Source: an uncultured delta proteobacterium (lineage in GTDB: Bacteria > Desulfobacterota > Desulfuromonadia > Desulfuromonadales > BM103). Taken from it: a DNA stretch of 64,000 nucleotides. The DNA lies in NCBI GenBank assembly GCA_963715335.1, contig CAVQRZ010000025.1:132936-196935 (forward strand), written 5' to 3'. Below are positions 49,590-57,905 of this stretch, piece by piece (within the stretch, counting starts at the first letter, position 1; each line of letters opens with the position of its first letter). The notes under the pieces are model-generated. The model was given only the letters and a program-made list of their open reading frames with translations. It was not told the DNA's origin and did not search any database. The position numbers and the translations under genes were made by a program.

Positions 49590-51881
49590 ATGACTGTGAA
49601 GAAGCACGCCGATAGCCTCGCGCCGGATCTGGAGCCGATCCTCCTGCGCATGATCAATGTCATCCGCCGCAGGTTCAAGATCGTCCTGCTGATATTCTTC
49701 CTGTCCCTCCTCTCTGCGTGGAGCTTCATATCATTACAAACCCCGATCTACCAGGCCGTCGTTACCCTTGACCTGTCTCGCGCAGCGGAGCAGGGGCAGT
49801 CTTCCGAAGATATCGTCGAGATCCTGAAGTCACGTTCCCTGGCAAGCCAGGTTGTTCAACAGATGAATCTCGACTGGCAGGTTGCCAGCTTGTCACCGGG
49901 GCTCGACATCGAAATCGGCCGTTTCGCGGTCTCCAGAGACATCCCGGGACTGAGAATGGTCATTGACGAATTGCCACTCTACAAGGTCTCTGACCTTGGT
50001 GGCCGTTTTGTCGGTGAAGGCCGTAGCGGCGAGCCTTTCCGCGCCGCAGGAATCGACCTGTTGCTTGATATCCGCAAAGGGCAGGCCGGCCAGCAACTGA
50101 CTATCGAACATCGCCCCAACCTTGTAAATGCCGAGGAACTTATCAGCAACATAACTGTTGTTCATCGAGTTGGTGATGGTAATATCGTCAGAATCATCAG
50201 CTCCGGCCCCGTTCCCGAGCAGACCCGTGATCTGGCTAATGCCCTGATCGAGACCTACCGGGCTCAACGGTTATCGCAAGCGAACCAGTCTCTGCTAGAG
50301 ATCGAGGCGCAAATCACGGAAACCCGTGAGGCCCTGAACATTGTATCGAAGGACCTGCACAATGTTAGCCAGCAGGCCGGATTCGTCGGGTTGACGAGAG
50401 ATGCCGACACGCTGGCCGGCAACCTGGTCCAACTCGAACGGGAGCAGTCCCAACTCAAAGGCCAACGACTAAAGGTCGAACGTGCATTCGTGCAATTGCA
50501 GCAGTCCCTCAAAGATGGTTCAGTATTCCTCCCACCCGTTTTTAACGAATTCCCGCACATCGTCGAGGTTTCACTTCGCCTCGCCGAACTGAGGGCCAGG
50601 CAGAAGGAGCTCCTGATCGAATTTACTCCGGCTCACCCGGATGTTGCCGAGATCCAGGATGCAATCAACGAGACGCAAAGCAACCTGCTTGGCCGTTATG
50701 CAGCGGTTATCAACGAACTGGATAACGGGATTGAAAGTCTTGATGCCAGGATTGCCGAGAACTCGGCCCGAATCGATTCTCTGCCGGAAGCGGAGCTCCT
50801 CAGACTGGAAATGAGGCGCAGCACTCAGGCGGAAATCCTTGCCTCCCTGCAGCAGAGACAGCGTACCCTGCAGCTTGAACAGGCCCTGGTCGCTGATCTG
50901 GTTCGTATTGTAGATCCTGCCGTGACACCTCGCACGCCTGTCTGGCCAGATAAACGAAAAATCTTCGCCGTCAGTGGTGTCGCGGGTCTGTTGCTCGGTT
51001 TTCTCGCCGCGTTACTGCTCAGCGTGGCCGACCGGCGGTTCAACACCGTCGAGGAAATCCAGGCAAAACTGAAGCTGCCGATCTATGGCGTTATCCCGCG
51101 TATCCCCGATGTTGACGTCGAACCGGGGGTGCCGGTTGCCGTGCAGATACCCAAGGCTCCGGTGGTCGAAGCCTTCCGAGCCTTGCGGACTCGACTGCAT
51201 TTTGTGACTAACCGGGAGAAGCACCAAATCATCCTGGTGACCAGCTCGCTGCCCGGTGAAGGCAAGTCTACGACCTCCACCAACCTGGCTGTCGTTTTAG
51301 CGCAGACCCGGGCGAAGGTTCTGCTGATCGGCTGCGACCTGCGTCGGCCGTCGCTGCACGAGATGTTTGGCCAGACCAATGTCCCCGGCCTGGTTGATCT
51401 CCTGAACGATGATAGACAGGACGCCATTCGCCATATTGCCAGCCCACGCATCGATTTTCTGCCAGCCGGTTCGATCCCGTTGAACCCGTCGGAGATCCTC
51501 GATTCCGGGCGTATGCGCAACTTCCTCGACACAGTCCGCAGCCGTTATGATTACGTGGTGATTGATGCCCCGCCGGTGTTGCCGGTGACCGACGCGCAGA
51601 TTCTGTCACCGCTGGCCGACGTCACCCTGGCAGTCATTGAACCGTGCCGGGTGCCGGAAAAGGCGGCGATGCAGATGGTCGAATCGCTGCAGTCTGTAGG
51701 TGCGAAGATTTCGGGAGTGGTGATAAATGACCGCATGGGACGCGGGTTCAGGTATTACGGTTCTTATAACTACTACGGTAACAAGAATTACAGCGGCTAC
51801 TATGGCGAGAACCCTGACGACCTGGCCGACGGACCGATCAGCCGTACCGCAAAAAAGATCTGGGAGAAGCTGAATTACTGA
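49590..51881 (+). CDS. Polysaccharide copolymerase / BY-kinase (Wzc-like), copy 1
   Basis: Two TM helices, coiled-coil periplasmic region, PGEGKST Walker A, VVIDAPP Walker B, Tyr-rich tail. Confidence 0.9.
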   Translation: MTVKKHADSLAPDLEPILLRMINVIRRRFKIVLLIFFLSLLSAWSFISLQTPIYQAVVTLDLSRAAEQGQSSEDIVEILKSRSLASQVVQQMNLDWQVASLSPGLDIEIGRFAVSRDIPGLRMVIDELPLYKVSDLGGRFVGEGRSGEPFRAAGIDLLLDIRKGQAGQQLTIEHRPNLVNAEELISNITVVHRVGDGNIVRIISSGPVPEQTRDLANALIETYRAQRLSQANQSLLEIEAQITETREALNIVSKDLHNVSQQAGFVGLTRDADTLAGNLVQLEREQSQLKGQRLKVERAFVQLQQSLKDGSVFLPPVFNEFPHIVEVSLRLAELRARQKELLIEFTPAHPDVAEIQDAINETQSNLLGRYAAVINELDNGIESLDARIAENSARIDSLPEAELLRLEMRRSTQAEILASLQQRQRTLQLEQALVADLVRIVDPAVTPRTPVWPDKRKIFAVSGVAGLLLGFLAALLLSVADRRFNTVEEIQAKLKLPIYGVIPRIPDVDVEPGVPVAVQIPKAPVVEAFRALRTRLHFVTNREKHQIILVTSSLPGEGKSTTSTNLAVVLAQTRAKVLLIGCDLRRPSLHEMFGQTNVPGLVDLLNDDRQDAIRHIASPRIDFLPAGSIPLNPSEILDSGRMRNFLDTVRSRYDYVVIDAPPVLPVTDAQILSPLADVTLAVIEPCRVPEKAAMQMVESLQSVGAKISGVVINDRMGRGFRYYGSYNYYGNKNYSGYYGENPDDLADGPISRTAKKIWEKLNY

Positions 51882-52034
51882 CTCCAAAACGACCGCAACG
51901 TGGCAGGTTAGCCATATTGCATGGGTTAATCATTGATTGTTCTCTTCGGTTACATTCTGGTATATTGACACGCATACCGAGGATTCCTAACCACACGATA
52001 TAATTATCTTCCTTGTCGACCAGGTGATTTCAAC

Positions 52035-54365
52035 ATGTCAGACGACCAGTTAAATCCACTTCCTGAACAGGGCGAAAAAGAAGCCCACCTGCTTGACTAC
52101 CTGCATGTTGTCCAACGTCGCTGGAAGGTCGCTCTTGTGGTATTCCTGCTGGTCTTTGTCGTCGTGGCGATCAAGACCTTCCTTGAGACACCAATCTACC
52201 AGGCGACAGCGACGCTCAGGATCGGTCTGAAACCGGACACTTCGCAGGAAGTTCTGGAAAAGCGCAAAGAGCGCTACTACAGCATGGAATCCGAGCTTCA
52301 GATGTTGAGCTCATTCAAGGTCGCTGAACGTGCGGCGCAGCTTCTGCAGCTCAACTGGCATCTTCAGGGTAAATCGAAAGAATCCGTTCTGCAGATTCGT
52401 CGACTGATTGTTCAGGATAACATTGATTTGTTAAAGCTCCAGGTTCTCGACGGCGGGCGCTTCAGGCTCTTCACTGACTCCGACGTCCTGCTCGAAGATG
52501 GCCGGAGCGGAATCCCGTTCGCAGAAAAGGTCAAGGGCCTCATCGAACTTGCTGCAGTTACACCGGGAGACGTCTACGAACTGGTGCGCCTTACTTCCGA
52601 TCAGGCTGCCGGCATGATCAGCCAGGGGGTCAACGCCTACCCGATCGGTGATATGAGTTCGATGATCGGCATATCAGTGGAGAGAACCGACCCGAAGGCT
52701 GCCCGCGATGTTGCCAATGCGATCGCAACGGCTTACGTCAACCAGGATCGCGAACAGAAGCTCAATGAAGCCGCAACCATCCTGGATATGATCGATCAGC
52801 AGCTGGCAGCCCTGGGTGCCCAGTTGAACGTTTCCGAACAGAACCTCCAGAAATTCAAGATTCAAACCGGTCTGCAGCGACTCAGCCCCGAAGGCGCCAG
52901 CATGATCGATGTCGCCATAGCCCTCGAAAGACAGCGTGCCGACCTGCTCCTGAAGAGGCAGAAGATTGAAGAGTTTCAAAAGGATCCGGGCTACAGTGCT
53001 CTTGAACCCTCGATGGTCGAATCGCTCCCCGGAGTACCGGAACTGCTCACCCGGTTACTTGAGCTGCGTGGCATCAAGGGAGAATTATTGCGTGAGTACA
53101 CGCCGTCGCACCCGGATGTGATTGACGTCGAAGGCAAGATTGGTCTTCTGAAAGCAGAGATAGCGACGGCTGCAGGTGTTGCCATCAAGTCTCTTGATCA
53201 GGAATTAGTCGCGATAGACAGTGAACTGGCGATCAGCGGCAAGAAGCTGGAACAGGTCCCCGAGGAAGAACTTGAATTGGCCAGGTTGAGCAGGGCCAGT
53301 TCTGTCAACGCCGGGCTCTACAGCTACCTGCTGCAACGCCAGCAGGAAGAACGCATTGCCCAGGCGTCGATTACCAGCAAGGTCGAGATTGTCAATGAGG
53401 CGCTTCTTCCTGCATCACCGATCAAGCCGAACAAGAAGAAAGCTCTTGGTATGGGGCTGTTGATCGGCCTTCTGCTTGGTGTCGGTCTGACCTTCCTGCT
53501 CGAATACCTCGACCGGACGATCAAGGATGAAGATGAGATCGAGGAAAAGTTCGGCCTGACTGTGCTTGGTACCATACCGCGTATCTCGCAAGCCATCAAT
53601 AGCGACAAGCGACAGCTGGTGACGCATCTGGAACCACATTCGATCCCTGCCGAAGCCTTTCTGGCCTTGCGCACCAATATCCACTTTATCCTGACCAACC
53701 AGAAGCACAAGACGCTGATGCTGACCAGCTGCCTGCCCGGCGAAGGAAAGTCGACGGTTGCGGTGAATCTGGCTGCGACCATGGCGCAGACCGGTGCCAA
53801 AATCCTTCTGGTGGGATGCGACCTGCGCCGACCGTCCCTTTATGCCGCATTGGAACAATCTGACACACCGGGCTTATCCGACATGCTTTCAAAAGGTTCA
53901 AAATCGGCACTCCGGCGATTGGATGCTCTCGGCTTTGATTTCATCCCGGCGGGGACAGAGCCGCCCAACCCAACGCAATTGTTGAGTTCAGATGCAATGA
54001 AGCGATTCCTCGAAGTCGCCAAGCAGCAGTACGATTTTGTCATTCTCGATGTTCCGCCGTTGATACCGGTTACCGACACCTTGATCCTCTCCTCATTGGT
54101 TGATTTAAGCCTTATGGTTTTGGAGCCATGCCGTATCCCGGAAAAATTACTTAAGCGGGCCATACAGCTTTTACATAACCATGAAGCGGAAATTGCCGGT
54201 GTTGTCATCAACGACAAAACCGGGAAGGGGGCTAAATATTATGGCGGCTACAACTACTACAACAGCAAGTATTACGAGGGGTATTATCGTCGCGCTACTG
54301 ACGGACCCAAGCCTCCTCTGTTTATGAGGGTGATTGCGAAGGTCTGGAGGTTTATTAATGGTTAA
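52035..54365 (+). CDS. Polysaccharide copolymerase / BY-kinase (Wzc-like), copy 2
   Basis: HLLDYL Wzz-like start, YTPSHPDV, PGEGKST, VILDVPP, Tyr-rich tail. Confidence 0.92.
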   Translation: MSDDQLNPLPEQGEKEAHLLDYLHVVQRRWKVALVVFLLVFVVVAIKTFLETPIYQATATLRIGLKPDTSQEVLEKRKERYYSMESELQMLSSFKVAERAAQLLQLNWHLQGKSKESVLQIRRLIVQDNIDLLKLQVLDGGRFRLFTDSDVLLEDGRSGIPFAEKVKGLIELAAVTPGDVYELVRLTSDQAAGMISQGVNAYPIGDMSSMIGISVERTDPKAARDVANAIATAYVNQDREQKLNEAATILDMIDQQLAALGAQLNVSEQNLQKFKIQTGLQRLSPEGASMIDVAIALERQRADLLLKRQKIEEFQKDPGYSALEPSMVESLPGVPELLTRLLELRGIKGELLREYTPSHPDVIDVEGKIGLLKAEIATAAGVAIKSLDQELVAIDSELAISGKKLEQVPEEELELARLSRASSVNAGLYSYLLQRQQEERIAQASITSKVEIVNEALLPASPIKPNKKKALGMGLLIGLLLGVGLTFLLEYLDRTIKDEDEIEEKFGLTVLGTIPRISQAINSDKRQLVTHLEPHSIPAEAFLALRTNIHFILTNQKHKTLMLTSCLPGEGKSTVAVNLAATMAQTGAKILLVGCDLRRPSLYAALEQSDTPGLSDMLSKGSKSALRRLDALGFDFIPAGTEPPNPTQLLSSDAMKRFLEVAKQQYDFVILDVPPLIPVTDTLILSSLVDLSLMVLEPCRIPEKLLKRAIQLLHNHEAEIAGVVINDKTGKGAKYYGGYNYYNSKYYEGYYRRATDGPKPPLFMRVIAKVWRFING

Positions 54366-54375
54366 ATCCTTAACG

Positions 54376-54866
54376 CGTAGCGCGTAGCGAGTGGCGCGGA
54401 AGACAGATTTTCAATTTTATTTTATGGAGGGTTTGTTATGGCTTTTGAGGATTTGGAAGTATGGAAAAGATCAGCACGTCTTTCTGCTGATCTATACCGT
54501 GAATTTGCTCCCCTAAGAGATTATGGCTTTAAAGATCAAATAACCCGGTCTGGATTGTCAATACCAAGCAACATTTCAGAAGGTCATGAACGTGCTTCAG
54601 CAAAAGAGAATATGAACTTTTTAAATTATGCTAAAGGCTCTTGCGGTGAATTACGTACCCAGATTTATATCGGCATGGATATAGGTTACATAGACAGAGA
54701 TAAAGGGATATTCTGGCTAAAAGAAACGGAATCAATCTCAGCAATGATCGGTGGACTAATAAGGACAAAAAAGAACTACCTGCAAAGCAAAAAATAGAGC
54801 AGTTAACCTGTACCATTTCACACTAACTTTTGAAAAGTTTTTTCGCGCCACTCGCTACGCGCCACG
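54376..54866 (+). mobile_element. Putative four-helix-bundle cassette 1, bounded by mirrored heptamer inverted repeats
   Basis: Left 54376-54398 cgtagcg cgtagcg agtggcg cg versus right 54844-54866, 22/23 complementary; AT-rich interior carries the gene. Confidence 0.6.
54438..54797 (+). CDS. Four-helix-bundle protein (23S rRNA IVP family)
   Basis: FEDLEVWK, DQITRSGLSIPSNISEG.ER, FL.YAKGSCGEL.TQ; SD GGAGG. Confidence 0.93.
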   Translation: MAFEDLEVWKRSARLSADLYREFAPLRDYGFKDQITRSGLSIPSNISEGHERASAKENMNFLNYAKGSCGELRTQIYIGMDIGYIDRDKGIFWLKETESISAMIGGLIRTKKNYLQSKK

Positions 54867-54871
54867 AAATA

Positions 54872-55783
54872 ATGATAGATTTTCATACACATTTGTTGCC
54901 CGCCCTGGACGACGGCGCCCTAACGGTCGACGACTCAATAGCCATGGCGAAAGCATTGGAATCGTTCGGTTACAAGACCGTCTGCTGCACACCGCACTGC
55001 ATCAAGGGCTATTACGATCTTGTCCCGCAACGGGTGCGGGAAGCGACACTGATGCTGCAGGCAGACCTCGACAACGAAGGAATTCAACTCGAACTCTGGC
55101 CGGGCATGGAGTACATGCTCGACGAGTTTTTCCACGAATTCGCCGAGAATCTCCTGCCGCTCGGCAACACCAAACTCGTTCTCTGCGAAGCCCCGCCGCA
55201 GGCACATCCGGGATTTGTGCAGGAGGGGTTGGAATTGATTGTAGAGAAGGGGTTTGTGCCGTTGGTTGCTCATCCGGAGAGAACTCAATATTTCTATGAG
55301 AAAATAACGCAGCGCGTGGCGCGTGGCGCGTCGCGCGAAAAATCTGAAAAGATAAATAGTAAATTATCTTATGAATTTGAAGACTCCGTTGCCTCTAGTG
55401 CCAATCTCAGTTCACCGCTAGATTTTATTAAAAAATTATTCTCGCCACGCGCCACGCGCCACGCGCCACAAGACCATGACTCCTCAGCCCATCCCTCAAG
55501 TGCCTCTGCCCAGGAGAATTGCCTCTACCACGCCAATCTCGGCTCCTTCACTGGCTTCTACGGCCCAAAAGTCCAACGAAACGCCTACGAACTCCTGAAA
55601 CTTGGCGCCTATACCGCTCTCGCCAGCGACTTGCACGAAAGCCGGTCTGCTGCGGATGTCCTTGTGCAGGATAAGTTCGAGAATAATCCTTTTTTGAAAA
55701 AACTCTCGGAGTTTGATGGTGTCGTTCGGGAGATACAAAAGTCAGTTAAGCCTGGGGAAGGGGAGCAAATCGGATTGTTTTGA
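54872..55783 (+). CDS. CpsB/CapC (PHP-family) protein-tyrosine phosphatase with an in-frame repeat insertion
   Basis: MIDFHTHLLP.LDDGA, TPH, AHPER, ASD.H; 84 aa between HPER and NLGS. Confidence 0.9.
   Translation: MIDFHTHLLPALDDGALTVDDSIAMAKALESFGYKTVCCTPHCIKGYYDLVPQRVREATLMLQADLDNEGIQLELWPGMEYMLDEFFHEFAENLLPLGNTKLVLCEAPPQAHPGFVQEGLELIVEKGFVPLVAHPERTQYFYEKITQRVARGASREKSEKINSKLSYEFEDSVASSANLSSPLDFIKKLFSPRATRHAPQDHDSSAHPSSASAQENCLYHANLGSFTGFYGPKVQRNAYELLKLGAYTALASDLHESRSAADVLVQDKFENNPFLKKLSEFDGVVREIQKSVKPGEGEQIGLF
55308..55470 (+). repeat. Heptamer inverted-repeat element inside the cpsB-like CDS
   Basis: Left cgcagcg cgtggcg cgtggcg cgtcgcg; right (cgccacg)x3 cgccaca; AT-rich spacer about 107 nt. 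Confidence 0.9.
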
Positions 55784-55785
55784 TA

Positions 55786-56287
55786 TGAAGTGCGAAGCGC
55801 GAGGCGCGAAGTGCGATTTGATTCAATTATATTTTGGAGGGTTTTATGGGATTTGAGAATCTTGATGTTTGGAAGAGGGCAGTGAAGCTTAGTGCTGAGC
55901 TTTATAAGGAATTTAAGAATCTGAAAGATTATGGTTTTAAGGACCAAATTACTCGTTCAGGGTTGTCGATACCGAGTAATATAGCAGAGGGTGAAGAGCG
56001 CAAGTCTGATAAGGAATGCATTAACTTCCTTAATTACGCCAAAGGCTCTTGCGGAGAGCTGAAAACACAAATTTATATTGGGATGGATATTGCCTACATA
56101 GACCAAGCTATTGGTAAAAAATGGCTGGATGAAACAGATAAAATTTCATCTATGTTGGGCGGTTTGATGAGAAGAAAAGCACGAGATGCGAAATGCGATG
56201 TGCGAGGTGGGAAAAAACAAGAATCAAATTGATTCTTTTTGCTGGGTTTTAATTTATCTCACTTCGCGCCTCGCGCTTCGCACTTCA
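55786..56287 (+). mobile_element. Putative four-helix-bundle cassette 2, bounded by a perfect 28-bp heptamer inverted repeat
   Basis: tgaagtg cgaagcg cgaggcg cgaagtg (55786-55813) is the exact reverse complement of 56260-56287. Confidence 0.65.
55846..56232 (+). CDS. Four-helix-bundle protein (23S rRNA IVP family), paralog 2
   Basis: 80/111 aa identical to 54438-54797 by hand; the C-terminal tail is encoded by an extra heptamer arm at 56182-56209. Confidence 0.93.
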   Translation: MGFENLDVWKRAVKLSAELYKEFKNLKDYGFKDQITRSGLSIPSNIAEGEERKSDKECINFLNYAKGSCGELKTQIYIGMDIAYIDQAIGKKWLDETDKISSMLGGLMRRKARDAKCDVRGGKKQESN

Positions 56288-56310
56288 AAAAAGAAATCGG
56301 AGATTTTTTA

Positions 56311-57273
56311 ATGCGTCATTACGATTCAATTAAGCGCGTCCTGGTTACGGGCGGCGCAGGCTTCCTCGGCTCGCATCTTTGCGAACGCCTGATCAACGAT
56401 GGTCACGACGTACTTTGCGTCGATAATTTCTATACCGGCCGGCGGGCAAACATCGCTCATCTGATCGACCATGCGAACTTCGAGGTGATGCGGCATGACG
56501 TGACCTTCCCCCTGTACGTTGAGGTCGACGAGATCTACAACCTGGCGTGCCCGGCGGCGCCGATCCACTACCAGTTCGACCCGGTGGCGACGACCAAGGT
56601 GAGTGTCCACGGTGCGATCAACATGCTCGGCCTGGCCAAGCGAACCAAGGCGAAGATCTTTCAGGCTTCGACCAGCGAGGTCTACGGTGACCCGACCGTA
56701 CATCCGCAGAAGGAAGATTACTGGGGCAACGTTAACCCGATCGGCCTGCGTTCCTGCTACGACGAAGGCAAGCGCTGCGCCGAAACGCTCTTCTTCGATT
56801 ACCGCCGTCAGCACAAAGTTGCCATCAAGGTGGCACGCATCTTCAATACCTACGGTCCGCGCATGCATATCAACGATGGCCGGGTGGTCTCCAATTTCAT
56901 TGTCCAGGCTTTGAAAGGGGAGGATATCACCATCTACGGCGATGGCTCCCAAACCCGCTCTTTCTGCTACTGCGATGACCTGATTGAAGGCTTTATTCGT
57001 CTCATGGACACCCCTGATGAGATCACCGGACCGATGAACCTCGGCAACCCCGGTGAATTCACCATCAAGCAACTCGCTGAAATCGTTATCGAGATGGTCG
57101 GTTCAGGCTCGAAGCTGATCTATAAGCCGCTGCCGAGTGATGACCCGAAGCAGCGGCAGCCGGATATCTCTTTTGCGCAGGCAACTCTTGATGGTTGGTC
57201 CCCGAATATTAAGCTCAGGGATGGTCTGCAGAAAACGATCGAGTATTTTGATGATTATCTGAAAAACGGATAA
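56311..57273 (+). CDS. UDP-glucuronic acid decarboxylase family (UDP-xylose synthase-like) SDR
   Basis: [52 protein letters not shown]. Confidence 0.95.
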   Translation: MRHYDSIKRVLVTGGAGFLGSHLCERLINDGHDVLCVDNFYTGRRANIAHLIDHANFEVMRHDVTFPLYVEVDEIYNLACPAAPIHYQFDPVATTKVSVHGAINMLGLAKRTKAKIFQASTSEVYGDPTVHPQKEDYWGNVNPIGLRSCYDEGKRCAETLFFDYRRQHKVAIKVARIFNTYGPRMHINDGRVVSNFIVQALKGEDITIYGDGSQTRSFCYCDDLIEGFIRLMDTPDEITGPMNLGNPGEFTIKQLAEIVIEMVGSGSKLIYKPLPSDDPKQRQPDISFAQATLDGWSPNIKLRDGLQKTIEYFDDYLKNG

Positions 57274-57280
57274 TAGTGTT

Positions 57281-57310
57281 TCTCGCAGAGGCGCGGAGTG
57301 CGCAGAGAAA
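57281..57310 (+). repeat. CGCAGAG-family left arm (partial copy 4)
   Basis: tctcgcagaggcgcggagtgcgcagagaaa, near-identical to 42232-42261. Confidence 0.7.
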
Positions 57311-57354
57311 GATTGAGCTATTGTTTGTGTTAAAACATTAATGCGCTATCTCTT

Positions 57355-57381
57355 TGGGACAGGCTTGATAAGCCTGTCCCA
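57355..57381. terminator. Hairpin (probable terminator) after the SDR gene
   Basis: TGGGACAGGCTT-gat-AAGCCTGTCCCA 12-bp stem. Confidence 0.6.
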
Positions 57382-57394
57382 TTCTGTTTCACGA

Positions 57395-57450
57395 TTGACA
57401 ATACTCAATGATACGACTTAAGATGCAAGTGCGTTCAACCGTTGAACGCA
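57395..57450 (+). promoter_or_regulatory. Sigma70 promoter plus palindromic operator upstream of the EPS-associated MarR gene
   Basis: TTGACA-18-TAAGAT followed by perfect TGCGTTCAA-ccg-TTGAACGCA (57430-57450). Confidence 0.65.
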
Positions 57451-57541
57451 TATAAGTTTCTGATATAAGAGCCATTCTTATAACAAAGTAATGTTAGTTA
57501 TTATACTCTTGGCATTGCGCGTCCCGCGTCCCGGTTTTTAT

Positions 57542-57879
57542 ATGAGTGAAGAATTAAGCTACAAAGTCATCAAACTGATCGAGCAGGATGCCGAGATCTC
57601 CCAACGGGAACTTTCCAGGGAACTGGGAGTAAGCCTTGGTAAGGTCAACTATTGCCTGCGTGCGTTGATCGACAAGGGGTGGGTGAAGGCGAAGAACTTT
57701 AAAAATAGTTCGAACAAAATGGCTTATCGTTATCTGTTGACCCCTCACGGGGTGCAGGAGAAAGCCGCTCTGACGATCAATTTTTGAAGAGGAAGTTGGT
57801 GGAATATGAGGTTTTGCATCGAGAGATTGAGAGCTTGCGGAGTGAGGTGGAGGAGTTATCGTTAAAAGACAGGTTGTAA
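57542..57879 (+). CDS. EPS-associated MarR-family transcriptional regulator (one frameshift in a T run near 57780)
   Basis: SQRELS.ELGVSLGKVNYCL.AL..KGWVK..NF.NS.NK..Y.Y.LTP.G..EK; adding one T restores FLKRKLVEYEVL..EIE.L. Confidence 0.88.
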
Positions 57880-57905
57880 CTCTTTAAACTGAATCGATTG
57901 AGACA

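Noticed and set aside
55336..55442. Spacer text YEFEDSV resembling the four-helix-bundle N-terminus MAFEDLEV
   Set aside because: Only a three-residue match, too weak to call a remnant by eye
54438..56232. Diversity-generating retroelement, suggested by the Avd-like four-helix proteins and the 91-bp repeat near recJ
   Set aside because: No reverse transcriptase in the window; the mismatches in the 3427/5585 repeat pair are not adenine-specific
5232..57534. Heptamer and CGCAGAG repeats as a CRISPR array or integron attC sites
   Set aside because: No regularly spaced identical direct repeats, no cas or intI gene, no RYYYAAC/GTTRRRY ends
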